Source: Octopus bimaculoides (Eukaryota). From it: DNA of 64,000 nt. The position numbers and the translations under genes are program-made. The notes beneath the pieces are model-generated. The model saw only the letters and a program-made list of their open reading frames with translations. It was not told where the DNA came from and did not search any database. Positions 63,251 through 64,000 of the stretch are shown in pieces (positions within the stretch are counted from its first letter, which is position 1; the number at the start of each line of letters is the position of its first letter). The stretch covers positions 38,317,687 through 38,381,686 of the forward strand of contig NC_068982.1 in NCBI RefSeq assembly GCF_001194135.2, read 5' to 3'.

Positions 63251-63689
63251 ATATACTACATGTACAAAATTACCAGTTGATTTGAAACGCATCAGCAAGG
63301 ACTTAATGCAGCTACTTGCTCAATGTTGGCGTAGCAAGTTATTCCTTTTCGAAATGTCTGATATATATCGTAGTTTCTTTGCTTATTATCGAGAAGAATA
63401 AAAACAGGAAGAAGCGAACTTAAAATGTAAACTGCTTAAAAAAACAATTAAGTTGGAAGTTCACTATTTCAATCACTATGAACAATTTGCTGAAAAATTG
63501 AGCTGCGAAATGAGAGTAACCGACAACTGGCAAGCATTAATGCACCGGTTTGGAAACTTTGCTAATCCTTTCTCTTTATTGGATGCTGGCACACTTTCAG
63601 CTAAGTGCAATTGAATATTAGCTTTAGCTTTAAATTTGGTCGTTATATTATTTCAAATTTTTTCCTCACTATACACACACATGTAGTGA

Positions 63690-63910
63690 AACTACCTCCC
63701 GCCATTAGATACAAAACTGCTATCGCCATTCTTCTCATTTAAATATAAACAAACGCGAACGTAGGGGAAAACACCAGCCTTGTCATCACGTGACTGATTA
63801 TTATTTGAAGCGGCAAATTCTTCGAACCTTTCCCGCCAGAACGCAAACTGACCAATCACGGCCCCTAATAAGGTCACGTGATAGAGTAAAATTCTGAAGC
63901 CATTTGGACC
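63690..63910. promoter_or_regulatory. Promoter-like island (E-box/CLEAR-like x2, CCAAT, E2F-like, YY1-like)
   Basis: TCACGTGAC 63786, GTCACGTGA 63873, CCAATCA 63852, TTTCCCGCC 63829, TTTGAA 63804, CGCCATT x2 (~63700, ~63724), GCCATTT 63899; CpG-enriched non-repeat sequence. Confidence 0.6.
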
Positions 63911-64000
63911 CCTCTTAACGCCTTAAATAGAGCAACTCATACCCAACAAATTTGTCTCGGTCCAGTTTCTCTTAGAGACTGTTCCGTGTACCACACGACA

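Overview
AT-rich, microsatellite-saturated eukaryotic genomic DNA with many assembly gaps. The SINE families and microsatellite load match my recollection of Octopus genomes; this is pattern recognition, not a database result. Only one intact host coding region is supported: a 145-aa CD225/dispanin (PRRT1/IFITM-like) membrane protein with an uninterrupted CDS on the minus strand (26388-26825). A compact promoter-like island lies at the far right (about 63690-63910). Most other recognisable sequence is decayed mobile DNA: Tigger/pogo, Chapaev3-like, Tc1, mariner and hAT DNA transposons; MITEs; Penelope-like elements (PLEs); HERO-like and R4/Dong-like RLE retrotransposons; Tx1/L1-like ORF1 copies; and at least four SINE-like families. 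The most interesting layer is a set of minimal, dimer-type hammerhead-ribozyme motifs at PLE ends, two families of which share non-canonical core bases between independent copies. Also notable are an ORF1-only retroelement and SINEs that chain into (ATT)n tails. No CRISPR, rRNA or genuine tRNA gene is supported.
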